DNA of 64,000 nt from Macrostomum lignano. Lineage: Eukaryota. The stretch lies in assembly GCA_002269645.1 (NCBI GenBank), contig NIVC01000352.1:186001-250000 (forward strand). The letters are read 5' to 3'. The notes under the pieces are model-generated. The model was not told the DNA's origin. It worked only from the letters and a program-made list of their open reading frames with translations, and ran no database searches. Positions 47,135 through 60,799 of the stretch are shown here, in pieces; position 1 is the first letter of the stretch; each line of letters opens with the position of its first letter. The position numbers and the translations under genes are program-made.

Positions 47135-50100
47135 TTAAGCGTCAACAATAAAGACGCTATCAGACGGCGAGCAGTAATCCTCAACGCTGATGTCCAGATC
47201 GATGTCCATGTCGGCGGCGATAATGGCAGAGCCGACGTCCATGGGCGAAGGCGCCGCCAGGCTGTGCATCAGCGGCGGGTCGCCGTCCCGCATCTGCTGC
47301 AGCTGTTGATAGCCGGAGCCGACTGCAGCACCAGCCAGAGGCTCGTCATTGAATATGGCGACGCCGTCCAGCTGCATTGGCGACTGGGGCGGACGCTGGA
47401 ATTCGCTCTGGTGCTGCTGGTGCACGCGCCGGTAAGCGTTGGCTGCGGCGGATGATTAGGGGTGTTGGGGCAACCGGTTTTGCTGGGGCAAAGAGAACCG
47501 CTGATTTCCCCTGGGATTCACTGGCCTGTTATTCAACTTTTTCACTGGTGATTCACTGGCCTGTTATTCAACTTTTTCACTGGTGATTCACTGGCCTGTT
47601 ATCCAACTGTTTCACTGGTGATTCACTGGCCTGTTATTCAACTTTTTCACTGGTGATTCACTGGCCTGTTATCCAACTGTTTCACCGGTGATTCACTGGC
47701 CTTGTTATCCAGCTGTTTCACCGATGATTCACTGGCCTGTTTTCCAACTGTTTCACCAATGATTCACTGGCCTGTTATCCAACTGTTTCACCAATGATTC
47801 ACTGGCCTGTTATTCAACTTTTTCACTGGTGATTCACTGGCCTGTTATCCAACTGTTTCACCAATGATTCACTGGCCTGTTATTCAACTTTTTCACTGGT
47901 GATTCACTGGCCTGTTATCCAACTGTTTCACCGATGATTCACTGGCCTGTTATCCAACTGTTTCACCAATGATTCACTGGCCTGTTATTCAACTTTTTCA
48001 CTGGTGATTCACTGGCCTGTTATCCAACTGTTTCACCGGTGATTCACTGGCCTGTTATCCAACCGTTTCACCGGTGATTCACTGGCCTGTTATCCAACTG
48101 TTTCACCGATGATTCACTGGCCTGTTATTCAACTTTTTCACTGGTGATTCACTGGCCTGTTATCCAACTGTTTCACCGGTGATTCACTGGCCTGTTATCC
48201 AACTGTTTCACCGGTGATTCACTGGCCTTGTTATCCAGCTGTTTCACCAGTGATTCACTGGCCTTGTTATCCAGCTGTTTCACCATTGATTCACTGGCTT
48301 TGTTATCCAGCTGTTTCACCAGTGATTCACTGGCCTGTCATCCAGCTGTTTCACCATTGATTCACTGGCTTTGTTATCCAGCTGTTTCACCAGTGATTCA
48401 CTGGCCTGTTATCCAACTGTTTCACCGGTGATTCACTGGCCTTGTTATCCAGCTGTTTCACCAGTGATTCACTGGCCTTGTTATCCAGCTGTTTCACCAG
48501 TGATTCACTGGCCTTGTTATCCAGCTGTTTCACCAGTGATTCACTAGGGGTTGCTTTCACAAGCTCGAAATTTCACAACCTCGAAAACCATTCTAGCAGC
48601 CACTTTCACAACCTCGAAAACCATTTTAGCAGGCGACTTCACAAGCTGCTAAAATGGTTTTCGAGGTTGTGAAATTTTGAGCTTGTGAAGTCGCTTGCTA
48701 CAATTTTCGAGGATTTGAAATTTCGAGCTTGTGAAGTTTCGGGTTTGTGAAAGGAAGTGCTTTTCGAGGTTGTGAAATTTCGAGCTTGTGAAGCGACCCC
48801 TTCACTAGGCTGTTATCCAGTTGTTTACCCGGTCATTTACTGGGTTACCATATAGCTGTTTTCCCGGTGATTCAGTGAACAAGCAGTAATAAATACTGCA
48901 GAGATGCTCACAAACAGCCGGAGTCGCGGTCAGCATTTGCTCCTGCTGGGAATCGGCAGACGAGCTCTCGCGAATCAGCTGGTCAAGCAGGTCCATATCG
49001 GAGACATCCTGCCCGTTGGAGCCGCCCTCGCTTAGATGATGCTGATGCGGATGCTGCGCCTGCTGCTGCTGCTGCTGGGAGTTTGACGCCAGCCAGGCTC
49101 GCAAGTTGCCTGTACTGCTGGACGGCATGCTGGACCTAAATCGATTGGACACACATTCGGTTTATCGTGTGCTTACTGCTGAGTCAACGTGTACTGCGAC
49201 TAAAACCCTTTCAGATCCCTAAACAGGCACATTCAGATCCCTAAACAGGAACATTCAGATCCCTAAACAGGAACATTCAAATCCCAAAACAGAAACTTTC
49301 AGATCCCTAAACAGGAACATTCAAATCCCTAAACAGGAACATTCAAATCCCTAAACAGGAACATTCAAATCCCTAAACAGGAACATTCAAATCCCAAAAC
49401 AGAAACTTTCAAATCCCTAAACAGGAACATTCAAATCCCTAAACAGGAACATTAAGATCCCTAAACAGGAACATTAAGATCCCTAAACAGGAACATTCAG
49501 ATCCCTAAACAGGAACTTTCAGATCCCTAAACAGGAAAATTCAGATCCCTAAAAAGGAACTTTCAGATCCCTAAACAGGAACATTCAGATCCCTAAAAAG
49601 GAACTTTCAGATCCCTAAACAGGAACATTCAAATCTCTAAACAGGAACATTCAGATCCCTAAACAGGAACATTCAGGTCCCTAAACAGGAACATTCAGGT
49701 CCCTAAATAGGCACATTCAGATCCCTAAAAAGAAACATTCAAATCCCTAAACAGGAACATTCAGATCCCTAAACAGGAACATTCGAATCCCTAAACAGGC
49801 ACATTCAAATCCACAAATAGGAACATTCAGATCCCTAAACAGGAACATTCGAATCCCTAAACAGGAACATTCAGATCCCCAAACAGGAACATGTAGATCC
49901 CTAAATAGGCACATTCAGATCCCTAAACAGGAACATTCAAATTCTTAAACAGGAACTTTCAAATCCCTGAAAAGGAACATTCAAATCCCTAAACAGATTC
50001 CTAAACAGAAACCCCGCGGACAAGCGTATCTTCCAACTACGTCCCACACTCACCTAAGATTCAGGAACAGGAACATTCAAATTCTTAAACAGGAACTTTC

Positions 50101-51795
50101 AGATCCCTAAACAGGAACATTCAAATCCCTAAACAGGAACATTCAGATCCCTAAACAGGCACATTCAAATCCCTAAACAGGAACATTCAAATTCTAAAAC
50201 AGGAACTTTCAGATCCCTAAACAGATTCCTAAACAGAAACCCCGCGGACAAGCGTATCTTCCAACTACGTCCCACACTCACCTAAGATCGCTAACAACAA
50301 AAGACCCAGCCGGAAAATCCATGGCAAACCCGTGCTGTTGAGAGTTGCCCTGCTGCTGCTGAATGGGATGCTGTAGCTGCTGTTGCTGGCCTGGATTCTC
50401 CTGACTGGCATCAAGGTACACGGGCACCAGGCAGTAGGCCAGCCTGCTCTGTTGCAGCCTCTGCTGCTGCTGCTGCTGCTGATACTGCAACTGCTGCAGT
50501 GCGGCTCCCTCAGACGAGGATCGAGCGAGGCTACTTGAAGCGTAGCCCAGGGCCGACATGTTGCCAATAGAAGCTGGGCCGTTGGTGACAGCGGCAGCGG
50601 AGGCGGCGGACGCGGCACCTGAAGTTGATGAATCGGATTTTGCTGGGCCTCTGGCCACCGATATAGACTGAGCCAGCCGAGGCGGTGGCGGCGGCGGAGG
50701 CGGCGGCGGCGGTGCAGGAGGCGGCGGACAGGGGAATCCATAGGCGGCGGCCAACTCCCGCCGGAAGGGCTCCAGCTGGGCGGCGAGCTGCTCCTTAGTG
50801 CCGGACCGCTTCAGGCCGCGCTTGCTGCACTCGGCCCGCAGCTGAGTGGAGGACAGGTGCTGATCGAGCCGGCCAGAGCCGGGCGCGGCGCCACTTGGCC
50901 CGGCCATCTCGGTCAGCAGTTCGTCCATCAGTCGGGACCGCTCAGCCTCCATGCGGAGGTACATGCGCTGTTGATCTTCGCGGCATCGATTGGCTGGCCC
51001 GGGCGGCACGTACTGATGAAAGGTGAGGCCGCCAAACTTCTCAATACGCTGACTGCTATTGGGCCCGTTGGGCGTTTTCTTGCCAACCTTAGCGGCGCCG
51101 CCCGCACGCCTGCGGGAGCTACTAGGCGTTGCCGTTGACGATGTCGCATGGCCGGCTGCAGCAGCCGCTGTCAAAGTTGTATTTAAGACTGACGATGAGG
51201 CTGAGGCAAGGACGGTGGCGGAGGCTGAGACAGGGGCCGGGAGAGGCGGCGGCGGCGAGCTGGCACTGAGAGAATCATCGCCAAGGACAGGCAGACCGCT
51301 GGAGGAGGCGGCTGTGTCAGAAAAGCCGTCAGCAACCTTAGTGAAGGGAATGCAGCCGTCCTTGAGCAGCGTCTGAGCGCCCATGCTCAGCGGCAAATAG
51401 CCTTTCTCGGCCACCTCTAATGCGCCGGGCCTGGCCGCCAATTTAGAATTGAGCTCGTCGCGTAATTTCTGCTTTTTCAACTGCTTCTGCGCCTCGTGCA
51501 GAATAGGGGACACGCCGGGGTTGCTGGCCGTGTCAATGAGGATGTGATAGTCAACAAGACGGCGCCTGTCGGGCCGATTGTTGAGGTGCAGCGCCACCCG
51601 AGCCTTGGTGCTCTCCAAGCTGCTGTGGATTGGCGTGGACTCAACAGTGCCCTGGGGACTCGACTCCCACAGGGTCAAGTCGTCGGGGTCGCCATTCAGA
51701 TTCAGTGGGGCACCGGTGGCTCCAGCAGAGGCCGCCAAATGTGATGGCATCGACAAGCCAGGAGGTGCATTTTCTAATTTCTCTTCTTCGTGCAT
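47135..51795 (-). CDS. MRTF: Myocardin-related transcription factor (RPEL, basic region, SAP), 3 coding exons, about 681 aa
   Basis: Exons 50282-51795, 48912-49135, 47135-47442 (phases 2 and 1). RPEL-like LHLNNRPDRRRLVDYHIL and LNSKLAARPGALEVAEKGYLP. Basic-region motif KFGGLTFHQYVPP. SAP domain LSSTQLRAECSKRGLKRSGTKEQLAAQL. Acidic C-terminus with DMDLLDQLI. Confidence 0.88.
47510..48546. repeat. 35/36-bp intronic minisatellite (GATTCACTGGCCTGTTATCCAACTGTTTCACCGGT)
   Basis: About 29 copies in MRTF intron 2. Confidence 0.97.
48547..48800. mobile_element. MITE inserted at the edge of the 35-bp satellite, with a 7-bp direct repeat
   Basis: GGGGTTGCTTTCACAAGCTCGAAATTTCACAACCTCGAAAA...TTTTCGAGGTTGTGAAATTTCGAGCTTGTGAAGCGACCCC, flanked by TTCACTA on both sides. 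Confidence 0.8.
49209..50230. repeat. 22-bp intronic minisatellite (TTCAGATCCCTAAACAGGAACA)
   Basis: About 40 copies in MRTF intron 1, interrupted by a duplicate of the exon/intron junction. Confidence 0.96.
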
Positions 51796-54700
51796 GACGC
51801 TGAGCTAATAAATAAGTGCGCGGCCTAAGTGAATATTAATAAATAGCAAGGGCTTGGTAACAGTTAGAAGGATTAGTGTATTTTATTTTTCTGCTGCTAC
51901 GCCTTCTTGCATGGTCCAGAGCACTCATAAATATTAAAATTGCATTTTTTGTTATCTTTATCTTTATATATTTTATAGGGGCATCATAAGTTAATAAAAA
52001 ATAATTAATTAATTAAATAATTTAGATCTTGAAATACAATTTTTTATATTTTGGATTTATAACTTTCTTATACTTTTATACACTTGTTTATAATTTCAAG
52101 AGTTTGAATAATTATTTTGTGAAGAATACATTTTCTTATATTTATACTCAGCCTTATCTTTAACCTTTAAATAGCATATAGAAAACAAATAAGATTTTTT
52201 GCCCAAAAATAGATGCAAACTTGTCTAGTTTACAAGTTAAGGCCTTATTGGAGCAAATCTAAAAATGTGTGGATACCCAATTAAACATATAAAAATATAG
52301 ATATGCAACTGCACAAGATCACAAAAACATTAAACCTAATTTTATTTAGCTTTGAGTATTACTTATTGAGCAACAATGCAATTTATGCTATTTGAATTTG
52401 ATGATTTTTCAATTTTAAATATTTTAAAGGAATTTAAATATATTTAAGCATGTTGGTATATTTGATTTCTTCATTTATGCACAATGCTATTTATATAGAT
52501 TTTTATTTGTTTCAATAATAAGGGTCTATATATAGATTTAAAGATTTAATTTTTATATACTTATTATATATTGCTTCTTAAAAATAATTAGGATATTTTT
52601 TGCAGAAAAAGTACTAGATATTTACAAAAATATTTTTAAATAAATAAAGATATTTAAAATTGTCAATAAAAAATAGAGATACCATAAAAGAAATATAAGG
52701 ATTTAGGATAATTAAAGAAACCTACAATAGAATAGAGATTAAGGACAAAAAGGAAGAGAAAAAGGGAAAAGGCTAAGGAAAGAAGATAAAAAAGAAAAAA
52801 AAGAAAACAAATCCTTAGAATTGATACTAACAGACACAAGGAACCAAAATGATAATAGGCTACAAAATTATTGTGGTAACTATGGACTAATACTAATTTA
52901 TAATTCTTTTTTATTGTATATAAAGATTTTGTGCAATACTTTTATATTTATAACTCCTTCATAGGTTTAACAATGTGCTTGTCATATTAATAAGCAATAA
53001 TCTAATTATACTAACTAGAGATTAATACTAACAATTAATATTAACACTTAACATTAACACATAACACTCTAAATGACCTTGAAAAACTACTTACATTGTT
53101 GGTATAAATCTGTTCTTCATTTCTATACTAAGGATATAAATTAAGCCAGGAGCTACAATTCATTATTATTATAATTTAACTATAACTATTGAGTTTCACA
53201 ATTTAGATGATTAGGTTTTGTATTTCCATCTCTTACTTTCTAGTGTAGTAGCCAAGGTCTAAACTGCACTGGAAATCCCTTTTCCTATGCTAGGACACTA
53301 GATTATGCCTATATCACTAGGGGGCTAGGGCCAATCTGTATTAGATACTATAATAATGGCCATAGTTTCAATAGAATACATAGAGTGACAATAAAAATAG
53401 AATGAAAATATGCACATATTATAATGATTAAAATATCTAGCAACATTTTCAAAAAACAAAAGACATATATTGTTGCCAAATTAAAAAATAAGGATTTAAA
53501 AAAATTCTCACTAGACACCCTAGCCAAAATTAAAAAATCCCATTGAAATTATCCTGTGACGGTGTCAAATTCGGTTAAATACTTTATGGATTTTTCAAGC
53601 ATAAAATTTGTGATTTTTAATGTAATTTTGATTTACTAACCTGATATATTTATATCTAATGTAATCGATACTTAAGTTTGTTTTAATCGTATCTCAAAAT
53701 GAATTATTTTGAAAGTAATTATTGTGTCTCTTTTTACCGTCTGTCATTCGCGGGCTCTAGCATTGTCTTGTGGACCAATCAAACTCCATCTATTACGCGC
53801 TAGACTGAAGGCCCTTCATCATAATACTGTGTTTGACCGCTACAGAAGTCCACTCCTTCGTCTGTAAAGCGATCCTGTCAATTAAATAAAAATTAATTAT
53901 ACATCCTCAGCTAAAACTAAAAAAAACCCACTACGACTACTGCTCGCTTCGTCACAATCCATAGTGACTAAAATGACTAAACTTTAGGCCTAAGCTAATA
54001 CATTTCATGCCTAGGCCTATAGGAACAAAAAACATTATTAGGCCTAGTGAGTCTAATGAGCCAACTTATAAAACCAAAAACATAGGGGGCTATTTTAAAA
54101 TTTATTGCAATCTAGGTTTTTTGTATCATAGGCCATAGTCTAGATCATGCTAAGTGCAAGCCCAAACAAAAATTGAATAATTACAAATGCACGCCAAAAA
54201 AATTGAGTGCATGCTCATTCTCAAAACTATACCTGTGTTGCAACAATAAATGACCTTTTTATGTTGTGCAGTTGTGACAATAAATGACTTTTTGTGAATT
54301 GTATAATGGACCCAAAGATAACTTGGTTAATTTGGCAATACTATTCACTATAGAAAATCAATATATGCAAAGATTTGTTTAAATGCTTTACTACAAGCTT
54401 AAAAACCCAGAAAGCTTGAAATTTACACTTGAAAAAGAACTTTATTATCATTTTGCTAATTCACAATAACTTTTCCATATGATTCTAAAAAATGCACACT
54501 AGGTATGCACATACACTATTTTCTTAGGAATGATACACGTCAACTGTGCATGCCTAGTTTTGGCATTCAAAGCCAATGCAGGCCCAAATTTTTGGGCATA
54601 TACTATATGATCCAGAGTGTGGGTCATAGGCATGCCATATTGCGGAAGGTTTTCTGTGTATGCTGGACACATTTTTATTGAATTTTCAACTGTATGCCAA

Positions 54701-57700
54701 CAGATTTTAAATGTATGTCAACTTAAAAAATGGTAAAAATATCAACAAATATTTAAATTTATTTTTAAACTACAAAAAACTAATAACGACATAATGATTG
54801 TTGTGACAATTCCAGTAATTAAAATGATAGGTAAATGAGAAAATAGTAGCAGAAAAAATGGTTTTTATTCTTAACACAGAAAAAGCACAAAAATTCTTTA
54901 CATTAATTTCTATGCCAATTGCCATACACCACACTGTATGCTACACTGTACACAGCCAAAAAATATATGCTGGTATACGCTACAGAAATCAAGTGTACGC
55001 CGGAATTTTCCGGCATATACCCCATTATCTGCAAAATGGTAGGCATGCCATTACACATCAAAATTAAAAGTGGCATAATGATTTTGATGCTATTATGCCA
55101 AAATGGCATAACATTTTTTTTCCATTTTGCCATTGCTACATTGCCAGAGTCAGCCAGACTTATATCTAATTTAAGACTTAATTGATTTCAAAATATTCAT
55201 TGGACTATATTGAATATATCTAAAATTAAATAAAAAGCTTTATATAAGAAATTTCATATATAAAACCCGAAGTAGAAAGTTTGATTAAAGTCCATAAAAT
55301 AGCAAATATAAAAGTAATATTGGTCTGGGTCCAAGTCTGAGTCCAAGTCCATTAATTAGGCCTAGGTATAACCATTTCATAATGCATTCTATTCTATATT
55401 GTATATACCTATTAGTTAGTTGCCAAATTGGCAAGCTATTATCACTCCATGAATCTGAGAAGATTTAAAGGAAACATTTCCTAGTCATTTCATCGTCTGC
55501 CATTTCGTCATCTGGGTGTCTGGGGTGCTCACCTTGACTATGGTCACTTTGTCATCTTAATTAACATGCACTACCTGAAAAGAGTCATTTTGTCATCTAC
55601 CAATCATATTAGTTCCAACTTCAAGTGAATTATTATGGCAATTAAATATATTTACTTGGAATCCTAATGATCCCAGTCATTTTGTCATCTCGATTGATAA
55701 AACCTATTGATCAATCGGTTCTGCTTGTCGCAGCTTTTAGTTATTAAAAAAATAGTTTACACTAACTCAAATCACGCACAGATTGATTGGTTGATGACGA
55801 AGTATCTAGCATAACTAAATATTCGGTCACTTTGTCATATTATTTTTCAAGCTAGGCCTACTTTGCTTCTGGTCACTTTGTCATCCAATATGACGAAATG
55901 GAATATGACGATCTAACCAGTGACCAAAGGAAACTATAGGCTCACAAGGTGTTATTCTATATCTTATGCCAATGGCATGTCGAAACTGAAAATGGTATAA
56001 TGATTTTGATGCTGTTATGCCAAATGGCATAATGAATTTGACAAAAAAACCAGACTGCAAGTGCAATTATTTTTATACTAGGTGGCACATAAGTAACTAG
56101 TCTCTTATACAGGCCTAGGCCTACCTTGACATAAACTAAACTTTAAATTTGTATAGTTAAGCCCTACTTATGCGCTACCCGGTAGGTAGATATAGCTATA
56201 GGCCTATTTTTACATATGTATTTACCACCTATAATATAGTCTTAGGCACAACTTCTGAAGGTAACTGCTCACTAGAAGTTTTAAAGGTAGAAATAGTTTA
56301 TAACTTATATACTTTGTAAGCATTATAAGTTAAAATAAGTCGCAATTCGCCGATTTGGAGCTCATTCGAATTCGAAAGCGACGAGCGACGAACTCAAAGG
56401 AGAACTCAAAAGAAGTTAGGTAGGCTACTTTTCCTAGAAAATAATGCAGCTTCGTGGAATTCACCTGCTTTTTATTTTTTAATGAAAGAGCAGATCGATT
56501 ACACGATTAAAAAGAAACGTAAATATTAGCTTTGAACTATATTAAAAAATTTATATAAGTTTCGTTTGTATTTTTTTAGTTTCACTAAGCTAATTTTTTT
56601 AATTTTGTGTTAGTAAAAAAAAAGTATGTATTACTGGAATTGAGCGGAAATATAGGCATGATGTGAATGTGATGTGATGTGATGGAATGAATTGAATTGC
56701 AATTGAATTGAATTTGATAGGCTTTTCACGAAGATTGGTTCCAGAACCAGAATAATTCCGATTCTAGAACCGGACCAGAATTGGTAGGAAAATGAAAAGC
56801 TTCGAACTCATTTTATACTTGCAAGTCTTTACAATTTATATTAGTCTTTCCTTGACTTTGTTTCCTCTTGCCGGATATGACCAAAAAACAATAATAATAC
56901 AAATGTAGGCCTATGCTAGGCACTTCAGTGAGAAAATTAAATTTCAGAAATTGTTATAGGCTGCTATTTCACTAGATAGATCTTACTTTCCCATTTCCAA
57001 AATGGCCAAACTTTAGTGATTTGGTTGAGTAATAAGGAAACTACAGCTATTTTAGTAACCCCGATTTGTGCCTTTAGCCAATGGAATTTTTACATTACGG
57101 TTTGTGATCATTTTTGGCCAAAAAGTTGGCTTTTTGTCTTTGAACACGTAATTAATTTTCTAGCCAACCAAAATGACTGTGCTTGGTGTCATTTTGTTCA
57201 GTTTTTTAGTGTTAATTGTATGAATTATATATTTTAATATTATTTTATATGCCCAAGTTGCTAAGCTAATTGAAACAGGATGGGTGTATGAAATTTTGAC
57301 TATTTTAACCAGATACGCAATGATTGCAATTTTAAAAATACAATAGCATCTGTTCTGCTTGCTTAATTTATACAAGGCTAGTGTCATTTTGTTCAGGTTT
57401 TTACCTACTATAATACTATTCTACTTCTTGCCCTAAATTTTTAATGCATGACAGACACCCCAACTGCAATGTAATGTGCTGTACAGGCTTTGCGCATGGG
57501 TTTATTAAAAAACGGTTTTGTCTATCGTGTTCAGCATAGCAGAATTAGTTAAATGACACAGAGAACTAGTTTGCCGGAAGGCAGAGTCTCACAAAAAACA
57601 CGAAATACACGTTTCAATGGGTATTTTACATGTAAACGTATCAAAAAAAGAAACCTCCACAAAATTTTTGCGCCTATAGCTATTGGCAAGCGGTTTTTTT

Positions 57701-60266
57701 TACTGTGCTTGTATTGTCAATAGGTAATGAAAAATATAAAGAGAAACAATGCAGGAAAAGGATTTCATGGAAAATTTTGGATTTGAAATTTTGCATAGAG
57801 CCATATGGGCATTAAAAGAAAAAAAAATTTTTTTTTAACACCAGAAAAATGTTTCTAAATTATCCCTTTACACTATAAAACCTTTGTTTCCATTATAAGA
57901 AACACATTGCAGCTAAGAAAAAGCATTTTCTGAACCACTGTTTTTTTATTCATTTTGGCTTCAATTTTATATTCCTCCTAAAAAATGGTCAACTTTAAAA
58001 ATAGACAGTGCAAAAAGTATAACAAAGCTAGACTTGCAGTTGGTGTCATTTGAAAGAGCTCCTTTTTACCTTTTAAATGCATATTTTACTTTTATCCTGG
58101 CTTCTATAGTTTCTTTAAAATCGCCCTTGAAAAATTGGACTTTTTTCTTACTTTTTTGCCATTGGCACGCACTTCTTATAACTCACTGAAGTCCCTACCT
58201 ATGCAGCTACAAAATGTCACAATATCATCAATTGCAGCTACGAAATGTCACAATATCATCAATTGCAGCTACATTTTGTATAACAATATTCAATAATAAA
58301 AAATTGACGATTTCAAATATCAAATATCGATTTCAAATATTTTACTGTTAAAGTATAAAATGTAAACATGACAAGTGACAATGGATCCAAATCCCAGAAC
58401 CAAAACACGGTTCTGAAACCGATTTTGAAAAAGGAACAGACTATGAAAAGATTTAAACCGATTCTATTTCTGGAATTGGTAAGCCTAATATGAAAAGCCT
58501 ATAATAGGCCTTGGGCCTAATGGAATAGAATCCTCATAAAACAACAATCTTTAGATCCTGATCCTTCAATATATAACTTTTATAACCCTATTTGAAACCA
58601 TTTAAAACTTAAGATTGTTGAATCTCTGGCCTTGGGATGACCATTTGTCCTTTAGAAGTGCCAATTCATATAGTAGGGCCTATTGATAAAATAATGTTGC
58701 TTGTCTAGTACTAGTCCATTGGATAAATAATTTTGGTTTCATTTGTCTGGTATTTGATGAATTTTGGTTTTACTTTTCTGGTATGAGTAAGATGAATAAT
58801 ATTTTTTGGTTTTTTTTGTTAGGCTTTACACATTTTATGTATTATAAGTATATATCACAATTGTTCATTATTAGGCTTAGCATTTTGAATTTTGATTATA
58901 TTTTAGAATGAATATCATATTTATTAGGCCTATACCAGGAAAGTTTTTTTAGTATAGCCTAAAGTTGAAATGAATTTGGTTTCAGGGACCAGGGAAGTTT
59001 TTTTAGTATAAAGTTGAAATTTATACAAGTTGTTATTTAAATATTATAAAGAAATGCTAACTATCTATATATAGTGCTTTTTAAGTAGAAATTGTGTATA
59101 CTATGTTCTGTAGGACTACTAGTCACTTCGGCAATAATGTTAGGCCATTTTGGCAAATTCTCAATTTCTCCAGTAGGCCTATAACTAATTTATGGACTTG
59201 GACTTAGACCTGGACTAAAGCCATTTTGATATTTGTTAATTTATGGACTGTAAGACTAGACTACCCATTTTATGGACTTTGAGCAAAATTTAACATTTAA
59301 TGTGTTAAAATCAATAAAAAGTTCTAAATAATATATTGTTTCGGCTCAAAGTCTATATAATAAAGTCCATTAATTAGTTAGCAGAATTCTTTAGAATATA
59401 TCAATTTAATAAAATAAAGAAACAGCTGCTACTTCAATGGTCTGATTACTTTATAACCTCTATATTATATTTTATTTTATAATGACTTATTCAATTTAAA
59501 ATCTAGAAGTTTTTCAACTGTTTTAATGAAATGTTTTAACAAAGTGCATGGCTGTAGATGTATTTTTATTTTTGTATTAAAGTAAAAAATGATTATCTTT
59601 GTGACCTTATTTATATTGTTGTTTTACCCTCAATAAATAGTTGTTATATAGTTGTTCATATTCAGCTTTTGCCAAAATGCCTTACCCTTTGTCACCAATT
59701 CGGCAATTACTGGCACAAAAAATTCATTTGTCCTAAAATTGTTGCTAAAGTGTCCATCACCAAAGTGACTTGTCGCCAATTTGACTGGTATCCATTCCAT
59801 AGTAGACCTTATTACTCTATTATATTATCCCACCACTGCCACCAAGTTGTAGGGCTATTTGTTCCTAATTTATCTTCTATTCCACTAATGTCACTAAGTT
59901 ATACTAGGGTTTAATTTCTACCATCTATAAAATTTTATTATGGTACCAAGTTGTTGTAGGTTTATTTGTTCTATCTATAAGTAGTATAGATAGATATCTC
60001 TAAGTTGTTCTAGGTCTACGGTTCTTGTAATTGTAAATTGTAATTTCTTAGAAATCTTGTGGTAGCTATGAATGCCTAAGCAGTAAAACACTATAAATTT
60101 TAAAACTAAGTCTAAAATTATTGCATTTTCTAAGGATCAAAGGTTTTTAACATTAGCCACTTGTTTACTAACACATTTATGGTTTGTTAATCCTAATGCC
60201 CAATGTCTATGCTAATATTTATGCTTAATTATGCCTAATGCTTAATAGAGCCTGCATGGTTTCTGT

Positions 60267-60452
60267 TAGGGGTGTAGCCAAGAGGGGGTCACGGGGGCCA
60301 TAACCCCCCCCCCAGCCAGCTAATCCAAGCCAAATTTTTAGCACCCTCCCTCCCCCATTGCAGAGGCCTAGCACCCCTTGCCTCCAGTTGCTGCTGTGAG
60401 CCTGTGACTATGACCCCCCCCCCCCTAGAAAGGAATTCTGGCTATGCCACTG
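60267..60452. mobile_element. hAT-type MITE with an imperfect 8-bp TSD
   Basis: TAGGGGTGTAGCCA...TGGCTATGCCACTG, flanked by GTTTCTGT / GTTGCTGT. Confidence 0.72.
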
Positions 60453-60799
60453 GTTGCTGTTCTTATTTTTAGGCCTTTACAATCTCAGTATTTCCCTAAT
60501 CTAGATACCACAGAATACACCAGAATGCTCAATCAGCTTCCAAATCCAAAGCCAAAATATAAAACCATAGGCACTACTCCTGAGATGAAGAAGAGATAAG
60601 TAGTATTGAAATTTGAGAAGTAGTCACCTTTTTGTACGTCCATTTGAGGGGGACATTGTTATGAACAGAAGGTCCCAATTGTATATTTGCAGCTGTAGTG
60701 ACATGAAAATGTAGATATTAATTGTGAACATTCAACGCAAACTAGAACAGTTTAAAAACAGCAGTATGAGCAGCAGTTTAAGCCTAAAACAACAGGCAA

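Noticed and set aside
56340-56425. GC-richer patch ending in AG|GTAGGC as a possible EMG1 first exon
   Set aside because: It has no ATG, and its only open frame ends in phase 2, which does not match the phase-0 acceptor at 61492.
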